Assembly: GCA_965204535.1 (NCBI GenBank) | Contig: CBDBEV010000001.1 | Span: 1,760,001 to 1,824,000, forward strand | Source: a bacterium | GTDB lineage: Bacteria; UBA8248 | Length of the DNA: 64,000 nt | Direction: 5' to 3' | Part shown: positions 1-9,032 of the stretch, piece by piece | How positions within the stretch are numbered: the first letter of the stretch is position 1 | Layout of the letters: every line of letters begins with the position of its first letter | Notes under the pieces: generated by a model | What the model was told of the DNA's origin: nothing | The model's database searches: none | Seen by the model: the letters and a program-made list of their open reading frames with translations, nothing else | Translations under genes and position numbers: made by a program

Positions 1-217
1 TACCCGGGCCAAGCATCTTAGCAGGTTTTGGGCGTGAGACTAAGGATCGTGGATGCTTGCCGCCTTTATCGTCGAACCCATCCCGAGCGCGAAAAGACCT
101 CCCTCGGTTCCGGCGCACGCATCGAAAGTGCTAGGATGATTTCTCGTTTCCATCAATCTTGTAGAGAGCGTCCCGGCGAAAACCGGGCGGACTCATCACC
201 CAGCAAAGGAGCGCGTC

Positions 218-1393
218 ATGCCGGAAGCACCCGCCAACACCCGATGGTTCACCTATTTTCCCGAGGATTACCGCTGGTCTTCGGGCGTCGTGAACTGCCT
301 CTCCGTAGCCCCCTGGGGCGGAGCCGACATCGGCGAGGTCGATCAGGTGGGCAGACGGCTCAGGAAAGACGTCGGAAACGACGCGCTATGGTTCCGCGAG
401 TGGGTGCGCATGGCGAACAAGGTGCGCGATTTAGGCCTGGAGGCGGAGGAGAACAACCACCGCCTGAGCGCCGCCTACCACCACAAGCGCGCCGCGATGT
501 ACTTTCAAATTGGCGAGCGTTTCCGCACGCCCAAGGACAAGCGGGCGAAAGACGCCTACCGGCTCGCCCTCGACAGCTTCCTGCGCTTCACGAAGCTGAC
601 CGACGCGCCCCGGATCGAGCGCGTGGAGGTGCCTTACGAGAACGGCGTGAACCTGCCGGGGTATTTCGTGCACGCGCAGAACACGAAAAAGGCCAAACCG
701 CCCGTCGTCGTCTACTTCGACGGTCTCGACATCACGAAGGAGATTCAATACCTGCGCGGCGTTGAGGAATTCGTGCGGCGCGGCATGAGCTGCCTCGTCA
801 TGGACGGGCCGGGAACGGGGGAGGCCATCCGTTTCAGGGAGCAATACCTACGCCACGACTATGAGGCCGCAGGCTCCGCCGCCCTCGATTATCTGGAGGC
901 GCGCGGGGATGTGAACGCCCGGAAGGCCGCTGTGATCGGCATCAGCCTGGGCGGATACTACGCGCCCCGCATCGCCAGCATGGAGAGGCGCTACAAGGCG
1001 TGTGTCGCATGGGGGGCGTGCTGGGATTATCACGCGACGTGGAAAAAGCGCGTCGCCGCCTCGATGCAGACGGAACTCTCCGTGCCGGGCCACCACATCC
1101 TTTGGATTTTCAACACGACGAATTTCGAGGACACCTTCAAGAAACTCGAAGACTTCCGCCTCGACGGCGTGGTGCAGAAGATGCGGTGTCCCTTTCTGCT
1201 CACCCACGGGATCGACGACAAGCAGGTGCCCACGCGCGATGCGAGAAAACTATTCAACGCGGTGGGTTCCAAGGACAAGACGCTCAAGATATTCACCGTC
1301 AGGGAGGGGGGCTCCCAGCACTGCCAGCGCGACAACCTCTCGCTCGGCGTCACTTACATCGCGGATTGGCTGATGGAGAAGCTCAGGCCGTGA
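218..1393 (+). CDS. Alpha/beta hydrolase, FrsA/DUF1100 or 2,6-dihydroxypseudooxynicotine hydrolase-like
   Basis: 391 aa; nucleophile elbow GISLGG, DGPGTGE motif, C-terminal GGSQHCQ His; RBS AAAGGAG upstream. Confidence 0.8.
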   Translation: MPEAPANTRWFTYFPEDYRWSSGVVNCLSVAPWGGADIGEVDQVGRRLRKDVGNDALWFREWVRMANKVRDLGLEAEENNHRLSAAYHHKRAAMYFQIGERFRTPKDKRAKDAYRLALDSFLRFTKLTDAPRIERVEVPYENGVNLPGYFVHAQNTKKAKPPVVVYFDGLDITKEIQYLRGVEEFVRRGMSCLVMDGPGTGEAIRFREQYLRHDYEAAGSAALDYLEARGDVNARKAAVIGISLGGYYAPRIASMERRYKACVAWGACWDYHATWKKRVAASMQTELSVPGHHILWIFNTTNFEDTFKKLEDFRLDGVVQKMRCPFLLTHGIDDKQVPTRDARKLFNAVGSKDKTLKIFTVREGGSQHCQRDNLSLGVTYIADWLMEKLRP

Positions 1394-1442
1394 GGAGACG
1401 ACTCATATCGGATTGAGGAAGAGTCGCCCCGGAAGCGCATAA

Positions 1443-2303
1443 TCATGAGCAAATAGTGTTGATCCGTTCCTCAAGAAAGTCGGCGAGTTTCAGCGCATCC
1501 CTGTCACATGTCACCCGCAGACGATGGATCAACCGCTCATAGGGAAGAAACTGCATCTGATCCTTGAATTCAGGAAGCAGAACTTCATCCCGGAAATTCT
1601 GGGTCTGCTTTTTTACTTTCGCGGCAGTTCGCTCTGGACAGATCGCAAGAACCCCGAAGAATGCCTTCTGAGATCGTCTAGCCGCCTCCGCCGCGAAAAG
1701 GAAATTTCGCATCAGTTGATAGTATGAACCGGCAAACGGGCAGGTATCGCCATACGACTGCTCTGCAAAGATTTCCTGTCGAAAATAAGACCTCCCAAGA
1801 CACCAATAATAACGCGGTGCTCGTCTACCGTCTCGTACTTTAAGGCGACACCAAGCGTTTGTTTTTGTCTTGAGGTCAGACCCGGGACCATAGTAACCGA
1901 CGCAATTTTTCCTCCTGACTTGACTACATGAACCGAAACCTTCTTTCGCATCGCCAACGAATTTGGACTCGAAACAGATAATCTCCCTTGATGATCTACA
2001 GAAAAAATCCACGCTGGTGGGCTGCCCATGTCCTTTTTCGTTGAGGATATCCTTATCCTCATATTCCGTTAAAATTTCCCACTCTTTGGGATCAGGCGCC
2101 GGAATCTTCGGAAATGCTTCTACAAGAAGGTTAGTCAATACTTTGTTACCAACAGCAAGGTTGCGCAGCGAACCCAGCGCGCTCAGGCAGAACACCTGCG
2201 ATGATCGCTCCGAATACGCATCACTATGCCAGTTAAAGGACGGGTTGCGTTCTCGCTCTGTCAAAGCAAGGTCGTACAACGTCGGATTGTTAGGGCCAAA
2301 CAT
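1443..2303 (-). CDS. Putative PD-(D/E)XK restriction-endonuclease-like protein (PGN_0703-like)
   Basis: 286 aa; SSQVF, TSVD...FESKF and YYQLMRNFLFA motifs; visibly lower GC than neighbours. Confidence 0.6.
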   Translation of the reverse strand: MFGPNNPTLYDLALTERERNPSFNWHSDAYSERSSQVFCLSALGSLRNLAVGNKVLTNLLVEAFPKIPAPDPKEWEILTEYEDKDILNEKGHGQPTSVDFFCRSSREIICFESKFVGDAKEGFGSCSQVRRKNCVGYYGPGSDLKTKTNAWCRLKVRDGRRAPRYYWCLGRSYFRQEIFAEQSYGDTCPFAGSYYQLMRNFLFAAEAARRSQKAFFGVLAICPERTAAKVKKQTQNFRDEVLLPEFKDQMQFLPYERLIHRLRVTCDRDALKLADFLEERINTICS

Positions 2304-2304
2304 C

Positions 2305-2931
2305 CTAATTCACCCCCGCAAGCCACGCCTCCGCCTCCTTACGGACGGCTGCCTCTTCCGCGCTGTGCTGGAGAACGATGTCCCTGGCGGGCGGGTAGCC
2401 GATTTTCGCGTTCCGCCAGCAATGGTAGCGAATGGCCGCTGGGTAGCCTGCGAGGTCGATGGATGCGTAGAACGAGGCGGGCACTTCGTCGGGCTTGTAG
2501 GGGTCCATTCTGTCTTTTTCGTAGATGTTGGTCCGCTTCCAGATGCGCCATCCGCCGTCCCGTTTTTCGAGCAATGCGAGGACGCGGCTCCAGGTGGTGA
2601 AATCGAGTTCCACGCCGTCGATGAGCCTTCTCTGGTAGAGGATCAGGTCGTGCTCGGCGGCGGCGCGTAAGCCTGCCAGGCGCACCCAGGGGTTCGTGAC
2701 GGTGTGTTTCTGGCTCTCGCCGGGGTGGCGAGCGATTTTCATCTTCTTCGCGGCTTCGACGAATTCATCCCGCGTTCCGCTGAACCACGAGGTCGTGAGC
2801 GTGGCGTCGGGGTGATAGCACTCACGCCACGCCTCCCAGAGGCCTGCGTCGCGCGCGTAGTTCACGATCGAGAGAACGTCCTTTATCTCGCTCTTGTCGG
2901 CGTTCTCCTGAATTCTTCCGCTCTCTTCCAT
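2305..2931 (-). CDS. SnoaL-like / NTF2-family protein
   Basis: 208 aa; RDAGLW..YHPDA N-terminus, KRDGGWRIWKRT.IYEKDR C-terminal strand. Confidence 0.75.
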   Translation of the reverse strand: MEESGRIQENADKSEIKDVLSIVNYARDAGLWEAWRECYHPDATLTTSWFSGTRDEFVEAAKKMKIARHPGESQKHTVTNPWVRLAGLRAAAEHDLILYQRRLIDGVELDFTTWSRVLALLEKRDGGWRIWKRTNIYEKDRMDPYKPDEVPASFYASIDLAGYPAAIRYHCWRNAKIGYPPARDIVLQHSAEEAAVRKEAEAWLAGVN

Positions 2932-2940
2932 AACGCTTCC

Positions 2941-3357
2941 TTAAACGAACTCGTGCACTTCGGCGAACATGCCCTTCACGACGCCTCCGCTCAGGTGGCC
3001 GACCAAGACTTCGCCCGGCTGATAGGGGCCGCCGCTCAGCGCCAGATGCAGGTGGATGTAGGGTTTGGGTTCCTCCCACGTCTCATCGTCCCTAACGGCG
3101 GGCGGCTGTTCGGGCCAGGAGATATTGCCCACGGCGATGAGTTCGCGCCAGTCGTGGAAATAGCGCCGCGCCGATGGGCCGATTACCTCCCGGAAACCCG
3201 TGCGGATGTCCGATTCCTTGAGCGCGCCGAACACGATGAGCGAGGCGCTCCGTATGTTCTCCTTGATAACGAAACGCTCGAATTCCCCGAAGAAATCATC
3301 GTCCTCATCGAATTCCAGATGAAAGACGCGGCCCAGCTTCTTCTCTTCCGCTCGCAT
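2941..3357 (-). CDS. DUF296 / PPC-domain protein
   Basis: 138 aa; ELIAVGNI, HLHLAL and VGHL motifs. Confidence 0.75.
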   Translation of the reverse strand: MRAEEKKLGRVFHLEFDEDDDFFGEFERFVIKENIRSASLIVFGALKESDIRTGFREVIGPSARRYFHDWRELIAVGNISWPEQPPAVRDDETWEEPKPYIHLHLALSGGPYQPGEVLVGHLSGGVVKGMFAEVHEFV

Positions 3358-3360
3358 GTC

Positions 3361-4224
3361 CTAACCCTCCTTCACCTCCGCGTAGAGGTTCTCGAGCCCC
3401 CGCCTGAAAGTCCTTCGCCTGTGCGCAATCCACGATTCGCCCCGCCCCGTATCGGACCAGAAGAATTTCTCGAACGAATCGTCGGTTGAGGCATCCTCCC
3501 GCGTCATACCCTTTTCCACCAATCCTGCCATGATTCCCCACATCTCCTCGAATTCGTTCCTGAAGCGGCGCACCTCCTCAACGCCGCATATCTCCCCGTG
3601 GCCGGGGACGATGTGCGCCACGGGCAGGCTCTCCATCCATGCGAGCGCTTCGATCCACTCCCGAAAGCGCGCCTCGCGCATGCCGGGGCCCGGTTCGTTG
3701 ATCATCACGTCGCCCGTGAAGATGACGCCTTCTTCCGGCACGTAGACCGAACTGCATGCGGGCGTGTGGCCGCCCAGGCGGTAAATCTGAAATGTCAGTG
3801 GATGCAAGTGGAGTGTCATTCCCTCATCGAAGCACACCTGCGGGAGGGGCAGGACGGCTTCCGCGATCTCTTTCGCCTCATCATGCGCGCCGATGTCATC
3901 CAGCGTGTCGATGAAGGTGTCGCGTCCGGCGAGAGAGCCTTCCTTCGCGGCGAGCGCATCGTACACGCGCTGAGGCGCGATGGAGACGACATCCGCATCC
4001 TCGATGAACGCAGCACCGATGGTGTGATCGCCGTGATAGTCCGTGGAGATGCGGTAGCGGATGCCCTTGGGACTTAGGGCCCTTAATTTCTCTTGCCAAC
4101 CCCGCGAGTCCGTGGGGCGCACGGGACAGTCGATGAGCACCACGCCGGCAGCGGTGACGGCAGCGCCCACGTTCGCCCAGAGATATTCCGTCTCCGCCAC
4201 CAGGTGCTCACTCAGGCGCCGCAT
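3361..4224 (-). CDS. Metallo-beta-lactamase-fold hydrolase (cyclase-like)
   Basis: 287 aa; TDYHGDH, GGHT, FTGD, VPGHG motifs. Confidence 0.8.
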   Translation of the reverse strand: MRRLSEHLVAETEYLWANVGAAVTAAGVVLIDCPVRPTDSRGWQEKLRALSPKGIRYRISTDYHGDHTIGAAFIEDADVVSIAPQRVYDALAAKEGSLAGRDTFIDTLDDIGAHDEAKEIAEAVLPLPQVCFDEGMTLHLHPLTFQIYRLGGHTPACSSVYVPEEGVIFTGDVMINEPGPGMREARFREWIEALAWMESLPVAHIVPGHGEICGVEEVRRFRNEFEEMWGIMAGLVEKGMTREDASTDDSFEKFFWSDTGRGESWIAHRRRTFRRGLENLYAEVKEG

Positions 4225-4255
4225 ATCCTGTTCCTGCCCATACGAAAAAACGCAG

Positions 4256-4282
4256 AGGCGGGGGCGCGAAGCACACCCCCGC
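4256..4282 (-). terminator. GC-rich hairpin downstream of tctC (terminator or mRNA stabiliser)
   Basis: GGCGGGGG...CCCCCGCC inverted repeat just after the tctC stop. Confidence 0.4.
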
Positions 4283-4315
4283 CAAGACTGTCCGTTTCTT
4301 AAGAACGCCCGGTTC

Positions 4316-5305
4316 TTAGTTTCTGATCTTCACCCCTGCGTTCTTGTAGATGTCCTTGTTGCTCTCGTATTCCGCTCTCACCTCTTTCAGGAGCTTCTCG
4401 CCGACGACTGGTTCGGCCTTGACGCCCATCTTCCTGAGCAGACGCTTGAAGGTCTTGTCCTTCGCCACCTTGAGCAGGGCCTTCGTCAGGATGTCGATGC
4501 GATCCTTGGGCGTTCCCGCGGGCGCCATGACGATGCGTTTCGAAGACAGCAGAAGGTCCACCCCCTGCTCCCTGAAGGTCGGCACGTCCGGGAAAAGCGG
4601 GAACCGCTTGACGGCGGCGACGCCCAGAAGGCGGATTTTGCCGGACTTGTAGTTGGAGAGAACGCCGCCCGTCGCCGGGTTGGCGCCCGCCGTTTGCACG
4701 TGTCCGCCCAGCATGGCCTTCATGGCCGGGCCGCCGCCTCGGAAGGGAACGTGGGGCAACGGAGCCTTCGTGTCGTATGCGATCTTGAGCATCATGGTGT
4801 GGCTCAGGCCGTATGTTCCCGTGGAGCCGTGCTTGATCTTGCCTTTGCTCTTCTTTGCCGCGGCGATGTATTCCTTGAAATTCTTCCACGGCTGGCTCCC
4901 CAGCGTGGCCAGCATGTAGGGCAGTTCGTTGATCTGGAAAACGGGGATAAAATCCTTGAAGGGGTCGAAGCCCATGTCCTTCACGTGGGGCGACATGTAG
5001 AGGTGGCTGTTTGCGCCCATCGCGAGGGTGTAGCCGTCCGGCTTGGCGCGCTTGAGCGCTCCCATCCCTATTTTTCCGCCGCCGCCCGGCATGAGCTGGA
5101 CGTAAGCGGGCTGACCGATGTACTGGTGAAGCACGCTCGCCACGGCGCGCGAGTGGAGGTCGTGCGATCCGCCCGCGCCCAGAGGCACGATGATCTTGAT
5201 GGGTTTCGAGGGATACTTCTCCGCCGCCGCGGGGGGGACGGTGAAAGCGAGGAGCCCGAGCGACAAGACTACCGCCAGGGCGATCTTCCATGTTTTGCGC
5301 ATCAT
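4316..5305 (-). CDS. tctC: Tripartite tricarboxylate transporter substrate-binding protein
   Basis: Signal peptide, YPSKPIKIIVP..AGG, KPDGYTL, HVPFRGGG; start reassigned to ATG 5305 (RBS AAAGGAGG, overlaps tctA stop). Confidence 0.9.
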   Translation of the reverse strand: MMRKTWKIALAVVLSLGLLAFTVPPAAAEKYPSKPIKIIVPLGAGGSHDLHSRAVASVLHQYIGQPAYVQLMPGGGGKIGMGALKRAKPDGYTLAMGANSHLYMSPHVKDMGFDPFKDFIPVFQINELPYMLATLGSQPWKNFKEYIAAAKKSKGKIKHGSTGTYGLSHTMMLKIAYDTKAPLPHVPFRGGGPAMKAMLGGHVQTAGANPATGGVLSNYKSGKIRLLGVAAVKRFPLFPDVPTFREQGVDLLLSSKRIVMAPAGTPKDRIDILTKALLKVAKDKTFKRLLRKMGVKAEPVVGEKLLKEVRAEYESNKDIYKNAGVKIRN

Positions 5306-6840
5306 TTTGGTTCCTCCTTTGAATTGGATGAATCGGCTACCGTCTGCGGCCTCATGGTCTCGGCCCACGGTCGCTTCCAGATGCTCGTCACCAGCATGAG
5401 CACGGTCAAACCGATGAAACAAGCCGCGATGGGGCGAGTGATGAAGACAGAATAATCGCCGTCGGAGATGATAAGCGCCTGCTGAAGCGCTTCTTCCGCC
5501 CTGGGCGCCAGGATGAATGCGATGACGAGCGGTGCCATCGGAAACTTGAGTTTTCTAAACCCGTATCCGAACAGGCCCGCGACGAGCGCCAGCACGAGGT
5601 CTCCCAGGTTGCTGTGATAGACGTACGCCCCCACCAGACAGGAGACGATGATGCCCGGCACCAGTAACGACTGGCGGATGGTGACGATCTTGGCGAACAT
5701 GCCCGTCAAGAGCCAGCCCTGAACCAGCATGATGGGGTTCCCTATCAGCAGCAGTGTGAAGATGGCGTACATGACGGGGGCGTGTTCCTGGAAAAGGCTC
5801 GGGCCGGGCCGCAGCCCCTGGGCGATGAACGCGCCCATGAGAATCGCCGCGCTCGGGTCTCCCGGAATACCGAAAGTGAGGGTGGGGATCAGGTCCGCGC
5901 CCGCGACGGCGCTGTTGGCGGCTTCAGAGGCCGCGACGCCCTCGTAGCTGCCGTGGCCGTACTCTTCGGGTTTTTTGGAAGCCCGTTTCGCCGCCGCGTA
6001 GCTCACGAAGGTGGCGATGGCCGCTCCCGTGCCCGGAATCGCGCCGACGAAGGTGCCTATCATGGACGAGCGCACGATGGTGCGCGCCGAATGCCAGACC
6101 TCGATGATCTTGAGTTTCCTGCCGCCTCGCAGATGCAGGGTATCGGGCGGGCTCGAGAGGACGGAAGCCTTTTTTTCCGCCTGTATGAACACCTCGCTCA
6201 CGGCGAAAAGCCCGATGAGCAGGGGAACCACCCCAATCCCTTCGGCCAGTCCGTGAAGACCGAACGTGAAGCGCTCCCCGCCCGAGATGATGTCCGTGCC
6301 CACCATGCCGAGTTGGAGTCCGATGAGGGCCGACAGCACGCCCTTCACCAGGGAGGCGCCCGTCACGCTGGAGATGATGGCCAGCCCCATGAGCAGGAGC
6401 CCGAAAAACTCGGTCGGCCCGAACAGGAGCGCCACAGCGGCCAGCGGAAGCGCCGCGAGAATCAGTACGAGATCGCTGAAAGTATCGCCGATGGTCGAGG
6501 AGTAGAGCGCCATCTGGATCGCACTCCTCGCCTCTCCTTTTTGCGCGAGCGGAAACCCGTCCATACACGTCGCCGCCGCAGGCGCGGTTCCTGGCGTGTT
6601 CACCAGAATGGCGGGGATGGAGCCTCCGAAAAGGGTTCCCTTGTGAATCCCCAGCAAGAAGGGGATGCCCAGCACGGGCGGCATGAAAAAGGAGAAGGGA
6701 ACCAGAATCGCCGTCGCCATCACGCTGGTGAGCCCCGGAATGGCGCCCACCGTGATGCCTACGAAGACGCCCAGCGCAATCATGGCGATACCCTGCCACG
6801 TAAGCGCCATCGTAACTCCCTGGAGTATCTGTTCGAACAT
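5302..6840 (-). CDS. tctA: Tripartite tricarboxylate transporter large permease
   Basis: 512 aa; GAIPGL, GGSIPAILVNTPGT, EAANSA, PTLTFGIPG, PGP motifs. Confidence 0.92.
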   Translation of the reverse strand: MFEQILQGVTMALTWQGIAMIALGVFVGITVGAIPGLTSVMATAILVPFSFFMPPVLGIPFLLGIHKGTLFGGSIPAILVNTPGTAPAAATCMDGFPLAQKGEARSAIQMALYSSTIGDTFSDLVLILAALPLAAVALLFGPTEFFGLLLMGLAIISSVTGASLVKGVLSALIGLQLGMVGTDIISGGERFTFGLHGLAEGIGVVPLLIGLFAVSEVFIQAEKKASVLSSPPDTLHLRGGRKLKIIEVWHSARTIVRSSMIGTFVGAIPGTGAAIATFVSYAAAKRASKKPEEYGHGSYEGVAASEAANSAVAGADLIPTLTFGIPGDPSAAILMGAFIAQGLRPGPSLFQEHAPVMYAIFTLLLIGNPIMLVQGWLLTGMFAKIVTIRQSLLVPGIIVSCLVGAYVYHSNLGDLVLALVAGLFGYGFRKLKFPMAPLVIAFILAPRAEEALQQALIISDGDYSVFITRPIAACFIGLTVLMLVTSIWKRPWAETMRPQTVADSSNSKEEPK

Positions 6841-6847
6841 ACGCGCC

Positions 6848-7324
6848 CTAACTGAAGAGGCTGCCCTCGGGCAGCGCCAGCTTGAAGGCGAACCAGAAGA
6901 AATAGTTCACCACGATGGGAAAGAGGATCGACATCGCCGCGACGTAGCGCCAGTCGCGCGTGCCCATGGACGTAACGAGGATTGCGAGAAATACGGGCGT
7001 ACTCACCAGAAAGCCGAAATACGCCAAAGACTCGACGTAGACGTAACAAAGAACAAAAACGGCGCAGACTTGGCATAACGCCCTTTTGCCCGAAATCACC
7101 TGCCCGCCCGCTTCACTCCGCCTGAGAGCCCCGAACAGGAACATCGCACTCACCAGCCCGAACGTGACGACGGCGGAGGTGGGGAAGAAAGTGGGTAAAA
7201 AGACGGCGTTCGTTACTTCTTCGGGCGGAATGGCGTATTGAATCTGCGTGGGAATGATGTAGAAAAAGCCGATGACGCTGTAGAGTATAAAAATGACGGC
7301 TGTGTAAATATCGGCTTTCCGCAC
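6848..7324 (-). CDS. tctB: Tripartite tricarboxylate transporter small permease
   Basis: About 4 TM helices, PTFFP and C-terminal LALPEG; probable GTG start at 7324. Confidence 0.8.
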   Translation of the reverse strand: MRKADIYTAVIFILYSVIGFFYIIPTQIQYAIPPEEVTNAVFLPTFFPTSAVVTFGLVSAMFLFGALRRSEAGGQVISGKRALCQVCAVFVLCYVYVESLAYFGFLVSTPVFLAILVTSMGTRDWRYVAAMSILFPIVVNYFFWFAFKLALPEGSLFS

Positions 7325-7574
7325 GTCCGGCCCTCTTGACGGATATGGAACCCATGCTCGCCTCATACATACCCCTGACAAGGACAAGCCCGGATTCCGG
7401 GACGCTGAAACCGCCTCACATCTTTTCTGCGTATACAAAACAGGCTAGCAAGAATCGCCGCGCGTGTCATCCCGGAACGACATCCGAAGACGGCGTGAAA
7501 GATGGCGCTTATTGTGGGAAGATAAATTATTCCTCAAAAAAAGACTCGGAGCACGCATTCGAGAAGGAGTGGCC

Positions 7575-8228
7575 ATGTCCAGAGTTCCGTTGCTCGGCAG
7601 GGAGGAAGCAGAAGGCGAAATCGCGCGCACCTTCGACATCCTGAACAACTTCCAAAGCAGGCAGGTCAATTCCACCCGGGCGACGGCGCACTCCCCGTTT
7701 CTCGCGCGCATCTTCTATCCCCTCGTCCAGACACTGATGCGCGAGGGGCTCGGCACCGTGCTTTCTTCCAAGATAAAAGAAATCGCCGTCATCAAGACCA
7801 GCCAGTTGAACGGGTGTGATTACTGACTCGCGCACAACACCGCTCTCGGCCGGGTGCTGGGAATCACCGATGAACACGTCGCCGCCATCGGCTCGGATGA
7901 GTACACGGATTCGCCGCTGCTGACCCCAAGGGAAAAGGCGACCGTCCTCTGGGCCGAACACGTCACGCGCAACTCCGCCAAGTTCCGGGACGACATAGCC
8001 GAGGAAGTGCAAAAGCATTTCACGGACGCAGAGTTCGTGGAACTCACCTTCGTCATCAGCTACTTCAACATGCGAAACCGCTACCACGATTCGCTCAAGC
8101 TGCCGAACGATGAGGCGGAAATCGTCGAGGACGTGGGCCGCCTCCGGCCCGACCCGGCGAAACTCAAGGCTTATCTGCAGGAAGTTCTGGACAACTGGCC
8201 GGACGCCTTCCCCGAACCCAACGATTGA
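7575..8228 (+). CDS. AhpD/carboxymuconolactone-decarboxylase-like selenoprotein (CxxU, Sec at TGA 7824-7826)
   Basis: ORFs 7464-7826 and 7854-8228 are the same frame; read-through gives SQLNGCDY-U-LAHN, where U takes the place of the second Cys of the AhpD CxxC-x-x-H motif; RBS GAAGGAG before ATG 7575; 217 aa. Confidence 0.85.
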
Positions 8229-8266
8229 GAGCAATTATGAATCACACCGAAGAGGAGAAACGATAA

Positions 8267-8992
8267 ATGGACCGAGGAATCTGGGCGGTATGGTACGACC
8301 TTCCCGAAGAGGGAGCGGATGAATACATCTCCTGGCTTCATGAGGTCCACATCCCCGAAGCGCTTGCGCGTCCGGGCTACCTCTGGGCGGCGCACGTGAA
8401 GAACGTCGTCACGCCCGAGCGTGAGGAACGCATCCGGGGCGTCGTCCACCACACGGACGACGCGAGCGTCCCCACGGGGGTTCAGTACCTGATGCTCTAC
8501 GGCGCACTCTCGCCGAACGCTTTTCTGGACCCGAGTCCCGAGCAGATGGCGGAGAAGATGACGGCGGATGACCGGGAAATGCTCGGGCGGCGATTGAACG
8601 CGCGCTCTTGTATCTTCATGGAGCACAACCGCATCGACGGTCCCGAGTTCAAGACCCGCGCGCCGGGAATCACGCCGGGTCCGGGTATCCAGTTCGGTAC
8701 CTTCAACATCAACGCCGTCGAGAACGAGGACGAGCTCGGTTGCTGGTACGCCCAGGTGCGTATGCCGCGCCTCGTGAGCATGGAGGGATGTGTCGGCGCG
8801 CGTAATCTCGTATCGGTATCGGGCTGGGCGAAGCACGGGATTCTCTATGAGTGGGTCTCCCTGGAATCGCTTCAGCAGAATTTCACGACCGAGAAGATAC
8901 CCCGCTCTCGCCAAGCCGTGAGCACCCTCGTCCACGCGCCCAGTTCCCCGAGTCTCGGCGAGCGCATCTGGCCGCCGGCGGGGGATAGTTAA
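8267..8992 (+). CDS. Hypothetical protein with two EthD/DUF4286-like dimeric alpha-beta barrel repeats
   Basis: 241 aa; repeated W(L/Y)..VH/R.P......G motif (WLHEVHIPEALARPG, WYAQVRMPRLVSMEG); RBS GAGGAG. Confidence 0.6.
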   Translation: MDRGIWAVWYDLPEEGADEYISWLHEVHIPEALARPGYLWAAHVKNVVTPEREERIRGVVHHTDDASVPTGVQYLMLYGALSPNAFLDPSPEQMAEKMTADDREMLGRRLNARSCIFMEHNRIDGPEFKTRAPGITPGPGIQFGTFNINAVENEDELGCWYAQVRMPRLVSMEGCVGARNLVSVSGWAKHGILYEWVSLESLQQNFTTEKIPRSRQAVSTLVHAPSSPSLGERIWPPAGDS

Positions 8993-9032
8993 TTTTCGGC
9001 CTTCGTTGTGGTGGTGGACAAGCACCCCGCAA

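Noticed and set aside
7824-7826. Nonsense-mutation pseudogene interpretation of the TGA (also 33077-33079)
   Set aside because: Both TGAs fall on redox-motif Cys positions with intact downstream frames; Sec is more parsimonious, though unproven without sel genes
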